Of a stretch of DNA of 64,000 nt, positions 18,947 through 28,712 are shown piece by piece. Source of the DNA: an uncultured Spirochaetales bacterium (lineage in GTDB: Bacteria; Spirochaetota; GWE2-31-10; CAYYKD01); NCBI GenBank assembly GCA_964608985.1, contig CAZSQU010000001.1, positions 18,549 through 82,548 of the forward strand, written 5' to 3'. Made by a program: the position numbers and the translations under genes. The notes beneath the pieces were generated by a model. It was not told the DNA's origin, ran no database searches, and was given only the letters and a program-made list of their open reading frames with translations. Each line of letters opens with the position of its first letter. The first letter of the stretch is position 1.

Positions 18947-20764
18947 ATGGATGATTTAATTAGAATTGATAAAGATAAATGTGTTAATTGTCACAGATGT
19001 ATTGCTGTTTGTCCGGTTCATTATTGTAACGACGGATCAGACTCAAAAACTGTCTCTATCATCCATGAAGAATGCATATATTGTGGAAGATGTATTGATG
19101 CTTGCCAACATGATGCCAGGTACTATGTAGATGATTTTGAAAGATATTTATCTAAGGTACACGATGATGTTATATTTATTGTAGCTCCTGCAATTATCGG
19201 GTCATGGGGTTTAAATTTTAAAAGAATGGTTAATTTTTTAAAAAAACAACTTAAAGCCAAAAAAGTTTATGATGTTAGTTTTGGTGCTGAGCTTTCAACT
19301 TATAAGTATATTGAATACATTAAAGCAAAGAAACCAAAATGTGTAATTGCTCAACCATGCCCGGTTATAGTAAAATATATTGAAGCATATAGAAATGATT
19401 TGATGCCATATTTAGCACCTGTTGATAGTCCGGCAATGGCTACAGCAAGGTACTTAAGAGAAGTAGAGGGGTTCAAAGGTGAAATTGCTTTTCTAAGCCC
19501 ATGCATTGCTAAGGGGTATGAATTTACTGATCCTAATACCCATAACTATATAAATTATAATATTACATTTAAAAAACTCAATGATTACATAAAGAAAAGG
19601 GAAATACCAATAAACAGTTTTCCCGAAGAGAACTATGATTCTATAGATGCAGAAAGAGCTGTTGCCTTCTCAAGACCGGGTGGTTTGAAAGAGACGCTTG
19701 AAAGAGAGTTGAATAATAGTGTAAGAATTAAGAAAATTGAAGGTATAATTGTATTTGATGAGTATTTTGACGAATTAATCGCAGATTTAAAAGATGTACA
19801 TGAAGTTCCTTTAATAATTGATGTTCTTAATTGTGAAAAAGGCTGTAATTTTGGTCCGGGGACCCTCCATAGTTACACATCAGATCAAGTTGATGCTTTT
19901 ATCAATAAAAGAATATCTGAACAGCAAAAGAAGTATAATGGTCAAGAAAATTTTAAGAAAAACTTCAAAAAAACTCTTGATAAGATTAAGCAAAATCCTT
20001 TTGAAAGAAATTATACAAAAAAACCAATTTCATTTGAATCCGGTGCAATAACAGATGAAGAAATTGCGCACATTTATAAAGAAATGAATAAAGTAGAACC
20101 GATAGATTTTAGACACTGTGGTTCTTGCGGATTTACCACTTGCAGAAGTATGGCAATAGCTATCTATAAAAAGCTTAATATAAAAGAGAATTGCAGATTC
20201 TATCTTGATGGTTTGTACAGGAATCAATTATTTAGAATAAGAGAGCTATCGGAAAAAATTAAAAAATCTATGGAAGATATGGGGGAAACCTTAAATACAA
20301 TAAAAATGATATTTGCTGAGGTAAATAATTCATTTTCGGTTACTCACGATGCGCTGAATTCTGTCAATAAATCAAATCTTATTCTAGCTCAGCTATCATT
20401 AAACTTTAATCCGATTGTAGAGTCTATTACGGCAATTTCTGATCAAACACACCTTTTGTCTTTAAATGCTGCAATAGAAGCTGCAAGAGCAGGTGCAGCC
20501 GGTAAAGGGTTTGCTATCGTTGCTCAAGAGGTTGATAAACTTTCAACAGAAACAGCATTAGAGGTTGAAAAAATTACTCCTATGGTAAAAGAGTTATTAG
20601 AGAAGATTAATAAGGTAAATCAAAGAGGGGACATGGTTTTAAATGACCTAAATAATGTAAAGAATATATTTGTTGACTTTTATCAAGCAATTCAGAAGAT
20701 ATCAAATATAATGAATGAAATTAAATCCGAGAGTGATAAGCTATCTAAGAGTGTTGTTACATAG
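18947..20764 (+). CDS. cytoplasmic chemoreceptor with an [FeFe]-hydrogenase-like sensory domain fused to an MCP signalling domain
   Basis: 605 aa. N-terminal 2x[4Fe-4S] motifs ([12 protein letters not shown]; [11 protein letters not shown]). H-cluster-like motifs VAPAI, QPCP (L1, with the first Cys replaced by Pro), [11 protein letters not shown] (L2) and [11 protein letters not shown] (L3). Extra CGSCGFTTC cluster. C-terminal MCP tip motif [31 protein letters not shown]. No TM segments. Confidence 0.7.
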   Translation: MDDLIRIDKDKCVNCHRCIAVCPVHYCNDGSDSKTVSIIHEECIYCGRCIDACQHDARYYVDDFERYLSKVHDDVIFIVAPAIIGSWGLNFKRMVNFLKKQLKAKKVYDVSFGAELSTYKYIEYIKAKKPKCVIAQPCPVIVKYIEAYRNDLMPYLAPVDSPAMATARYLREVEGFKGEIAFLSPCIAKGYEFTDPNTHNYINYNITFKKLNDYIKKREIPINSFPEENYDSIDAERAVAFSRPGGLKETLERELNNSVRIKKIEGIIVFDEYFDELIADLKDVHEVPLIIDVLNCEKGCNFGPGTLHSYTSDQVDAFINKRISEQQKKYNGQENFKKNFKKTLDKIKQNPFERNYTKKPISFESGAITDEEIAHIYKEMNKVEPIDFRHCGSCGFTTCRSMAIAIYKKLNIKENCRFYLDGLYRNQLFRIRELSEKIKKSMEDMGETLNTIKMIFAEVNNSFSVTHDALNSVNKSNLILAQLSLNFNPIVESITAISDQTHLLSLNAAIEAARAGAAGKGFAIVAQEVDKLSTETALEVEKITPMVKELLEKINKVNQRGDMVLNDLNNVKNIFVDFYQAIQKISNIMNEIKSESDKLSKSVVT

Positions 20765-20803
20765 ATAGTGAATAATTGATTAAATGGCTATTCTAATTGC
20801 CCT

Positions 20804-21220
20804 TTAATTAGATTTTCTTATAAATTCAGGGGATACAATAATCCTGTCTCCATTAACACTCATTATTCTACAGATGATAGTTATTTTACTGTTATTACCT
20901 ATTGTATTTACTCTATCAATAATTGATCTGTTATTTGAATATAGAACTATTGTATATGTTACCAACTCACTATTCGAAATCCATTTAGATTTAGTTAACT
21001 TTGCTCTTACTTCATTCTCAGACACTTCAATATCTGAAAGATAACAATCCCAAAGATAAAAAGAGTTTGTATCGAAACTTTCATTATTGGTGATTCTATT
21101 GAATACTTGATCTATTTGAAGATCGGAGAACTCCGTACTGTTAATACTTATATTAATTATAATAAATAATAAAAAGATAAAGAATTTTTTCATTGTGTTA
21201 CTCCCACTAAAATTAAACAA
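20804..21220 (-). CDS. small secreted protein (signal peptide), hypothetical
   Basis: 138 aa. N-terminus MKKFFIFLLFIIINISINS is signal-peptide-like. No recognisable domain. Confidence 0.55.
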   Translation of the reverse strand: MFNFSGSNTMKKFFIFLLFIIINISINSTEFSDLQIDQVFNRITNNESFDTNSFYLWDCYLSDIEVSENEVRAKLTKSKWISNSELVTYTIVLYSNNRSIIDRVNTIGNNSKITIICRIMSVNGDRIIVSPEFIRKSN

Positions 21221-21300
21221 AAATTTAAGTAAATCTAAATAGTTTACATGATTTTAATATAATTAATTAATATATGCAATAAGATTATTGAATAAAATAA

Positions 21301-23238
21301 TCATATAGAGCTTTTTACAAACAATGAGATAAAATCTTTAGCATCAATAGGGTAGTTGGTTACTATTGTTTCATATCTAACTAATGAGTTTGGCATAATT
21401 TCTGTAAACATTGAACTTAACCCATCTGTTATATTTTGTTTATAAATAAATGATTCTTCTTTTGTTTTATTTGGAACAATAATATAAATATCATTTTCGG
21501 TAGAAATGTCAACATATCCATTTGTACCAATCTCATTAATTACAACAAATTGTATGTCATTTTTTAGTGTTTTCAAATCAATTTCTTTTGAATCACTAAA
21601 CATCTTTATATGAATTAAATTAATTGGTGATTCAGGATATTTTCTAATACTTTCTTGGGCATAATAGGCAAGCTTATGTAAAGAAGGTTCTAATACTTCA
21701 GATATATTTATTTTATTATATTCATTATCTTTAACATTATTTGAATCAGTAATTATATTTTGTTCTTCTGATTGTTCACTAATTTTAATTTCGTTATCAT
21801 CTTCGTTATATAGAATTTCCAAATCTTCGTGTTGTTCTAATTCATTAACTTCTATTAAATCAACATCTTCAATATTATCTAATTCTTCAATTGATTGAAT
21901 ATCTTCTATTAAATTTTCATTTTTATCATTAACTGTTAAATCAATAATATTATTCTTTAGATTAGAATCAATATCCTTTTGTGAGTTATCTTCAATATTT
22001 GACTTTTTTTTAATTTTTGTATTTAATATTTCTTTTTGAAATATATTATATAATAATGCTCCGTTAAGCCTGCATATAATTTCAATTCCTTCAAGTAAAG
22101 AAGAATCTGAAACTATAGAATTAGAATCTTTAAAACCGGCAAATATTCCAATTATTCTTGAAGAAAAAACAAAAGGGACACAAAGACTGTAATCAGATTT
22201 ATTATAATCATCAATCGAAACAATATTTGAAAAATCCACATTTTCTTTTTCAACAAGATAGTATTTCTCTTTTGTCATTGTACGATATATATTGTTAACT
22301 TGAAGATCTATATATAGTTTATCAATTGTATCATTGGTCAGATTGAGTGAAGAAACTGTTTCAAACTTCTGATGTTCCGGTGAAAAAACAAGTAAAGCTG
22401 ATTTTTGAAAACTAAAGTTCTCATTTATTATATTGAAAAACTCATTAAATGTGTCTTTTTCCAGATTAAATGTTGATAATGATAAAGAAATTTTATTTAT
22501 TATATCTAACACTTTATTTTTGTCGATAAATTCATTAAATTGCTTACTATCTTTTGGGGCTATTGTTTTATCATCTTTAATAATATAAGGTTCATCAATA
22601 AATAAAGGTTCTTTTGTATCGACTATAAATATTTCATCGGTTATTTCATCGGTTATTTCATCGGTTATTTCATCAGTTATTTCATCAGTTATTTCATCAG
22701 TTATTTCATCGGTTATTTCATCGGTTATTTCATCGGTTATTTCATCGGTTATCTCATCGGTTATCTCATCAGTTATTTCATCGGTTATCTCATCAGTTAT
22801 TTCATCAGTTATTTCATCAGTGAAAAGCGGTTCTTCAATATCAAGTTTAATTATATTTTCTTCTGAATCTAAATCAGGAAAATAAGGGGTGTCTGAAAAA
22901 ATTGGTTCTTTTAAATTTAAAATTAATTGATCCTCATTATCATCTTGTCGTTCAACAGGTAGATCAAAAGATAAATCAATTTCTTTTGAATTAGATAAAA
23001 CATCTTCATCAATAATTTCAAGAGTTGACTGTTCTATACTGATATTGTTCGGAATATCTTCTGACAGGTCAATTATTGGCTTCACTTTAACTTTTAAAGT
23101 GTCAGCTTCAGATTGTGATTCAGAAAAAGGAAAATTAAGCTTATTTAAATAGCTTTCAGCTTTTTTTAATAAGCCTGCATTTTTAAAGGAGTTAGCATAA
23201 TGATATTTATATTTTAATGCCTTTTCGAGTAAACTCAT
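21301..23238 (-). CDS. acidic repeat protein with (DEIT)n tandem array, hypothetical
   Basis: 645 aa. The central ~64 residues are a perfect TDEI repeat. D/E-rich and lacks a signal peptide. Co-oriented with, and 14 nt downstream of, the polyacidic gene. Confidence 0.65.
   Translation of the reverse strand: MSLLEKALKYKYHYANSFKNAGLLKKAESYLNKLNFPFSESQSEADTLKVKVKPIIDLSEDIPNNISIEQSTLEIIDEDVLSNSKEIDLSFDLPVERQDDNEDQLILNLKEPIFSDTPYFPDLDSEENIIKLDIEEPLFTDEITDEITDEITDEITDEITDEITDEITDEITDEITDEITDEITDEITDEITDEITDEITDEIFIVDTKEPLFIDEPYIIKDDKTIAPKDSKQFNEFIDKNKVLDIINKISLSLSTFNLEKDTFNEFFNIINENFSFQKSALLVFSPEHQKFETVSSLNLTNDTIDKLYIDLQVNNIYRTMTKEKYYLVEKENVDFSNIVSIDDYNKSDYSLCVPFVFSSRIIGIFAGFKDSNSIVSDSSLLEGIEIICRLNGALLYNIFQKEILNTKIKKKSNIEDNSQKDIDSNLKNNIIDLTVNDKNENLIEDIQSIEELDNIEDVDLIEVNELEQHEDLEILYNEDDNEIKISEQSEEQNIITDSNNVKDNEYNKINISEVLEPSLHKLAYYAQESIRKYPESPINLIHIKMFSDSKEIDLKTLKNDIQFVVINEIGTNGYVDISTENDIYIIVPNKTKEESFIYKQNITDGLSSMFTEIMPNSLVRYETIVTNYPIDAKDFISLFVKSSI
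22631..22821 (-). repeat. coding tandem repeat, ~16 units of 12 bp (GGTTATTTCATC and variants AGTTATTTCATC / GGTTATCTCATC)
   Basis: Seen directly in the sequence. The unit length is a multiple of 3 and encodes (DEIT)n on the minus strand. Confidence 0.9.
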
Positions 23239-23252
23239 CTAATATTCCCGAT

Positions 23253-25520
23253 TTATTTATCTTTAAGATTAAGGTCTTCAAAAAGTTTCCTGTATATTTC
23301 AAATGCTTCAGATTCAGCAAACTCTTTAATCTTTTCTTCAGGGAGAGCATCTAACAATTGATCAAGATAAGAAAGTACTGTACTGACTTCTTTCTTAAGT
23401 TTATCATTAACGATAGTTGGTCTTGATCCATCTGTTTCTGATGGTTCAGTATCAATCTTATTTCTAAGATTATTAAAAATCTCCTCTTCTTCTTCTTCGG
23501 AAATATCAATCTTCTCTATCAAATTTTCTTCTTCAACAAATTCATCTATTATTTCAATATCATCAGATTCTTTAAGCTCAGCATCAAATGTAGAAAGATC
23601 GATAGTTTCAGACTCTTCTTCTTCTGTTAATGAGGAATCAGATTCATTAAAGTCAAAACCTGCTCCACCTTCAACATTGATCATTTCATCAGGTTCAGAT
23701 TCAATAATTTCTGTACTGGAAATAATATTATCAAGTTCATCTCCTGATAGACTGATTGACTCGTCTTCATCATCGTCAGTAATTTCAAGTGGCTTTGGAA
23801 TAGATTCAAGATCTATAGATTCTGCTTCTGATTGGATAGATTCCTCATCCAGATCTAAATCAACAGAAAAATTATCTGTTAATTGACTATCATCAATTTC
23901 ATCAGCTCCAAATACTGATTCAGAATCATTTAAAGGTGGTATATCATTAGAATATTCTCCCGATGATTGAAGGGATATTTGCTCAATATCTTCATCAATC
24001 AGAGGCATATCATTGTCATCAGGCAGAATTGAAGTTTCTATACTCATATCTTCTCCATCTTTTAGATCTAAACCGGATTCTATTGAATCATCAATAGAGA
24101 TATCATCATCAATGTCAATTTTGAATTCATCGCTTTGATCAAGAGAATAGTTATCTTCAAAACTATCATCAAGAAGATCCGTATTGTCCTCATCATTTGA
24201 GGTGTCTGTACTAATATCAGAGACTGTGTCAAAATCATCATCTGATAATATATCATTTACAGCATCGGTTTCATTGTCCAAACTGTCTAAATTATTGAAA
24301 TCATTATCAAAAGAATCATTATTATCACCCGTATCAATATCACTAATATCTCCCATAATTTCGATATCATCATCAGATTTAATATCTTCATCACTTAATT
24401 CAATATCAAATTCATCAATTGTATCATCTATATCTAAATTATCAGATGATTTATTCTCCTCGAGATTGTCTAAATCCTCATCTGAAACATAGGATCTTTG
24501 TTTTAGTTCTTCTGTATCAAGAGAATCATCATGAAGTATTTCATCATCATCAGGTAAGTCAAAAGATCCTTCAGAAAGTTTCTTTTCAAATTGTTCGCTT
24601 TTTTTCTGAATTTCAAATGCATCATTTTCAAGACTTTCAAAGGATATCTCATCAAGTTCGCTGTTAAGGTAATCAGTATCCCTTTCTTCTAAAGTGATCT
24701 CTTTTTTTGTATATGGTTTTACATTAATTATTGTCTCATCTTTCTCAAATTGACTTTCATCAATATCAATATCTGATATATTCTTATTATCTTTTTGTTC
24801 CGAAATAAAAGTAACAGGACCTGACTTAAGGTCAACTCCGTATTTTACATCATCATCGTCATCATCATCAATATTTTCTGTTTCGGTAAAGTAATTATCT
24901 TCAATAGTGTCTTGAGAGAATTCATCATCTTTTATAATTGGTATTTCATCTGATAATGAGACATCTTCCTCAAGGCCAAGATCATCTGTAATATTTGAAA
25001 GATCTGGAGCATCCATATCATTATCCGAGAAAGGGTTGGTTTCATCATCTAGATCAATTTCATTATCAAGATCAATTTTGTTAATTGTATCTTCTATCGC
25101 TTTTGTATCAGTATCAAAACCTGATTCGTTAAAATTACTTGTATCAATATTGTTAGTATCTAAATCTTCACTATCTAAATCATCATTTAATTCATTTTCA
25201 ATATCTAATGAATTACTATTCTCAAAGTCCATATTTAGATCAAGATCAATATTCTCATCAATATTAATATCATCTTCAATGCTATCTGCAGTAACCTCAG
25301 TATTAGATTCGAAGTCAGAATCAAATTCCATTGTTTCTGCACCAAGATCAGAAGAATCATCAAGTTCGGAAGAAAAGTCATCTCCTTCAAAATCAATTGA
25401 AAAATCTTCAATAGAATCATTGCCGTTTTTATCAAAATCTTCATCAAGATCGCTATCAAGCAAATTCAGATCAAAATCATCTATTTTATTATCGTCTGAC
25501 ATATTCCCCTCACAACTCAA
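23253..25520 (-). CDS. giant polyacidic low-complexity protein (D/E/S-rich), hypothetical
   Basis: 755 aa, almost entirely D/E/S/N/I/L, with no signal peptide and no TM segments. The last ~60 residues are less biased (…VLSYLDQLLDALPEEKIKEFAESEAFEIYRKLF…). Confidence 0.6.
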   Translation of the reverse strand: MSCEGNMSDDNKIDDFDLNLLDSDLDEDFDKNGNDSIEDFSIDFEGDDFSSELDDSSDLGAETMEFDSDFESNTEVTADSIEDDINIDENIDLDLNMDFENSNSLDIENELNDDLDSEDLDTNNIDTSNFNESGFDTDTKAIEDTINKIDLDNEIDLDDETNPFSDNDMDAPDLSNITDDLGLEEDVSLSDEIPIIKDDEFSQDTIEDNYFTETENIDDDDDDDVKYGVDLKSGPVTFISEQKDNKNISDIDIDESQFEKDETIINVKPYTKKEITLEERDTDYLNSELDEISFESLENDAFEIQKKSEQFEKKLSEGSFDLPDDDEILHDDSLDTEELKQRSYVSDEDLDNLEENKSSDNLDIDDTIDEFDIELSDEDIKSDDDIEIMGDISDIDTGDNNDSFDNDFNNLDSLDNETDAVNDILSDDDFDTVSDISTDTSNDEDNTDLLDDSFEDNYSLDQSDEFKIDIDDDISIDDSIESGLDLKDGEDMSIETSILPDDNDMPLIDEDIEQISLQSSGEYSNDIPPLNDSESVFGADEIDDSQLTDNFSVDLDLDEESIQSEAESIDLESIPKPLEITDDDEDESISLSGDELDNIISSTEIIESEPDEMINVEGGAGFDFNESDSSLTEEEESETIDLSTFDAELKESDDIEIIDEFVEEENLIEKIDISEEEEEEIFNNLRNKIDTEPSETDGSRPTIVNDKLKKEVSTVLSYLDQLLDALPEEKIKEFAESEAFEIYRKLFEDLNLKDK

Positions 25521-25821
25521 ATCAAAATATAGTTTGTGTTATAACAAACAATTTCAACTTTAATATTGATTATACTTTATTATTAATAAATCGGCAATTA
25601 TTTTATTATTACTTACCTTTTTTATTAAAAAAAGGTAAAAAAATGAAAAGATATTCTTATATTACCTTTTTGAGTTGACACAATAAAACTGATTTGTTAT
25701 AAGTTATCAATAATTATTGCAGTATTTTAATCAAAAAACCAATTTTAGTGATTGATTTTTAAAAAAAAATAATAAATAGATGTAACAAAATCTAAAAAAA
25801 GTAAAATTATAGAGGTAATTC

Positions 25822-26559
25822 ATGGCAGGTCATAGTAAATGGGCGAATATTAAGCATAAGAAAGCGGCAAGTGATGCAAAAAGAGGAAAAATATTTACAA
25901 AAATAATTAGAGAACTGACGATTGCTGCAAGATCAGGTTCAACTGATCCTAATTCAAATTCAAGATTAAGATCAGCAATACTAAAGGCAAAAGAATCTAA
26001 TATGCCTAAAGATACAATGGAGCGGGCAATAAAGAAAGGAGCGGGTGAGATAGGAAGTACCGCTTTTGAAGAATTCATCTATGAAGGATATGGACCGGGC
26101 GGAGTAGCCATATATATGGAAATTTTAACAGATAATAAAAATAGAACTGCCGGAGATGTAAGATCATTACTAGCTAAAATGGGTGGTAATTTGGGAGCAA
26201 ACGGCTGTGTTGATTATATGTTTGATAAAAAAGGTACAATCATTTTTGATAAGAAAGATTTAACTGAAGAGAAAGCAATGGATTTAGGGATTGAAGCCGG
26301 TGCAGAGGATATTATAATTGAAGATAAAGAGATAGAAATAGTTACTAACCCTGAAGACTTTGAAACTGTTTTAGAAGTGTTTGAGTCAAGAAATATTAAG
26401 CATCAGAGTGCAGAGGTTACAATGATACCAAATATTTTTCAGGAAGTTCAAACCGAGATGATTGAAAAAGTACTACAATTGATTGATAAGCTCGAAGATA
26501 ACGATGATATTCAAAATGTATATACGAATTTAAAGTTGCCGGATGATTATGAAGCGTAA
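25822..26559 (+). CDS. yebC: YebC/PmpR family DNA-binding transcriptional regulator
   Basis: 245 aa. N-terminus MAGHSKWANIKHKKAASDAKRGKIFTKIIRE is diagnostic for the YebC family. AGAGG RBS. Confidence 0.9.
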   Translation: MAGHSKWANIKHKKAASDAKRGKIFTKIIRELTIAARSGSTDPNSNSRLRSAILKAKESNMPKDTMERAIKKGAGEIGSTAFEEFIYEGYGPGGVAIYMEILTDNKNRTAGDVRSLLAKMGGNLGANGCVDYMFDKKGTIIFDKKDLTEEKAMDLGIEAGAEDIIIEDKEIEIVTNPEDFETVLEVFESRNIKHQSAEVTMIPNIFQEVQTEMIEKVLQLIDKLEDNDDIQNVYTNLKLPDDYEA

Positions 26560-26561
26560 TT

Positions 26562-27065
26562 ATGAATATTTTAGGAGTTGACCCGGGGATTGAGCGGACA
26601 GGAGTTTGTATTGTTTCAAAAACAGATTGTCTAAAACTCGTATATCATGCTTTGATAAAAACTGATTCATCTTTGGAGCATTGCGATAGATTAAAGATAA
26701 TTTACGACTCTTTAAATTTGATTATTAGTAATTATAAAATCGATCAATCTTCGGTAGAAAAACTTTTTTTTGCAAAAAATGTTAAAACTGCTATGAGCGT
26801 TTCTGAAGCAAGAGGTGTTATTTTATTGTGTTTAAGAAATAACTCAATTCCAATCTTTGAATATACACCTTTACAGGTAAAACAGGCATTAATAGGTTAT
26901 GGCAGAGCAACAAAAAGCCAAATTCAGGATATTGTCAAAAGATTACTTGGGATGAATGATAAAATAAAACCTGATGATGTTGCTGATTCTGTAGCAATAG
27001 CGATAACGCATCTCAATAGTATTAAATACTTTAATAAAATCCAGGACGCAAAAAGAGAGAAATAG
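26562..27065 (+). CDS. ruvC: Holliday junction resolvase RuvC
   Basis: 167 aa. ILGVDPGIERTGVCIV N-terminus. Sits immediately upstream of ruvA and ruvB. Confidence 0.85.
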   Translation: MNILGVDPGIERTGVCIVSKTDCLKLVYHALIKTDSSLEHCDRLKIIYDSLNLIISNYKIDQSSVEKLFFAKNVKTAMSVSEARGVILLCLRNNSIPIFEYTPLQVKQALIGYGRATKSQIQDIVKRLLGMNDKIKPDDVADSVAIAITHLNSIKYFNKIQDAKREK

Positions 27066-27632
27066 ATGATAACAGGTTTAACCGGTATTTTGTTGGAAGC
27101 CGACAGTGAGAACGCAGTAGTTGATGTAAATGGCGTTAATTATATTGTTTTTTGCAGTCTAAAAGATATTGCTATCTTAAAAGGGATGATTTCAAAAAAA
27201 GTTTCTTTATATACCTTACTGATACATAAAGAAGACTCAATGACTCTCTATGGTTTTACAAATAAGATCGAACGCGAAGGATTTAACTCTTTGATAAAAG
27301 TTAACGGAGTAGGGCCAAAGGTTGCACTCAGGATTCTTTCATTTTATACAACAGAAGAGATAAATACTTTAGTAAGTACAGGGGAACCGGAACACTTCAA
27401 AAAAATCCCCGGAATCGGTCTTAAACTTGCCCAGAAAATAATTCTTGATTTTAAAGGTGTTCTTGTTTTTAAGAATAATGATAAATATCTAAATGATGTT
27501 TCTGATGCTTTAATTAGTCTTGGTTTTAAACAGCAAGATATCGACAAATTGTTCAAATCCGAACATTTCAACAAAACCGGAGCAATTGAAACTGATATTA
27601 AACAAGCCTTAAAATTAATAGGTAAAATATGA
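27066..27632 (+). CDS. ruvA: Holliday junction branch migration protein RuvA
   Basis: 188 aa. MITGLTGIL...VNGVGPKVALRIL helix-hairpin-helix region. Confidence 0.85.
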   Translation: MITGLTGILLEADSENAVVDVNGVNYIVFCSLKDIAILKGMISKKVSLYTLLIHKEDSMTLYGFTNKIEREGFNSLIKVNGVGPKVALRILSFYTTEEINTLVSTGEPEHFKKIPGIGLKLAQKIILDFKGVLVFKNNDKYLNDVSDALISLGFKQQDIDKLFKSEHFNKTGAIETDIKQALKLIGKI

Positions 27633-28645
27633 TAGAAGAATATTTAGTAAGCCCAATCGTTATTAAAGGTGATGATAATGATATTTCGATCAGACCTTCT
27701 AATATTGGGGATTTTATTGGGCAAGAACACTTTATTAAGAATTTAAATATTTATATTAAAGCGGCAAAAAATAGAAATGAACCACTGGATCATATACTAC
27801 TCTCAGGTCCTCCCGGATTAGGAAAAACAACTCTCGCAAATATTATTGCTAATGAAATGGGCGGGTCTTTTAAGTCAACAAGTGCACCCATTATCGAAAA
27901 ATCCGGGGATATTGCGGCATTATTGACTGATCTATCAGCCGGAGATGTGTTATTTATTGATGAGATACATCGATTAAAACGGAACATAGAAGAGCTGTTG
28001 TACTCTGCTATGGAAGACTTTCAGATTGATATTATGGTTGGCCAAGGTCCCTCAGCAAAATCGATAAAATTAAGTATTGAACCTTTTACTTTGATAGGGG
28101 CAACCACGAGAGCCGGAATGATATCGGGTCCGCTTAGGGCAAGATTTGGAATTTCTGAAAACCTAGAGTATTATACTCAAGCAGAAATTAAAAAAATTAT
28201 TAAACGGTCTGCATCAATATTAGGTGTAGGTATAGATAACGATGGTGCCTCAATTATTTCCGGTTCATCAAGAGGCACTCCTCGAGTAGCCAATAGACTA
28301 CTAAGAAGAGTGAGAGATTTTGCTGAGGTTATTTCATCATCAAACATCGATAAAAAAATCGCCGAGGATTCTTTAAAAAGACTGTCTGTTGATTCATTGG
28401 GTTTAACTCGAATGGATATAAGATTTTTAGAAATTTTGATAAACAATTTTGCCGGTGGACCGGTCGGTGCTAAAACTATGGCTATTGCTTTATCAGAAGA
28501 AGTTGAAACAATAGAAGATGTGTATGAGCCATATCTTATTCAAATTGGAATGTTAAAAAGAACATCAAGAGGACGGGTTGCAACTCAAAATGCTTACAGT
28601 CATTTAAAGATAGAAACTCCGGCAGACACGAATCTTTTTGATTAA
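27629..28645 (+). CDS. ruvB: Holliday junction branch migration ATPase RuvB
   Basis: 338 aa. Walker A LSGPPGLGKTTLANIIANEMG and Walker B VLFIDEIHRL. ATGA overlap with ruvA. Confidence 0.9.
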   Translation: MIEEYLVSPIVIKGDDNDISIRPSNIGDFIGQEHFIKNLNIYIKAAKNRNEPLDHILLSGPPGLGKTTLANIIANEMGGSFKSTSAPIIEKSGDIAALLTDLSAGDVLFIDEIHRLKRNIEELLYSAMEDFQIDIMVGQGPSAKSIKLSIEPFTLIGATTRAGMISGPLRARFGISENLEYYTQAEIKKIIKRSASILGVGIDNDGASIISGSSRGTPRVANRLLRRVRDFAEVISSSNIDKKIAEDSLKRLSVDSLGLTRMDIRFLEILINNFAGGPVGAKTMAIALSEEVETIEDVYEPYLIQIGMLKRTSRGRVATQNAYSHLKIETPADTNLFD

Positions 28646-28654
28646 CTGATCCCC

Positions 28655-28685
28655 AAAAAAAAAGCCGCATTATTAAAAATGCGGC
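28655..28685. terminator. hairpin terminator shared by the convergent ruvB and flaA-like genes
   Basis: aaaaaaaaa-gccgcat-tattaaaa-atgcggc. The A-run gives a U-tail for the minus-strand transcript. Tail for the plus strand is weaker. Confidence 0.5.
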
Positions 28686-28712
28686 ATAAAAATGATGATA
28701 ATTTATATGAAT

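Noticed and set aside
22631-22821. Regular short direct repeats that could be mistaken for a CRISPR array
   Set aside because: The units are 12 bp and contiguous, with no spacers. They lie in frame inside a long ORF and encode (DEIT)n. This is a coding tandem repeat, not CRISPR.
23677-25563. Several plus-strand ORFs (23677..23886, 24184..24492, 24419..24667, 25036..25563) and 25235..25459 on the minus strand
   Set aside because: The Ser-rich ones are low-complexity antisense shadows, and 25235..25459 is an alternate-frame shadow, of the polyacidic gene (GAT/GAA codons read on the opposite strand or out of frame). None has an RBS or independent support.
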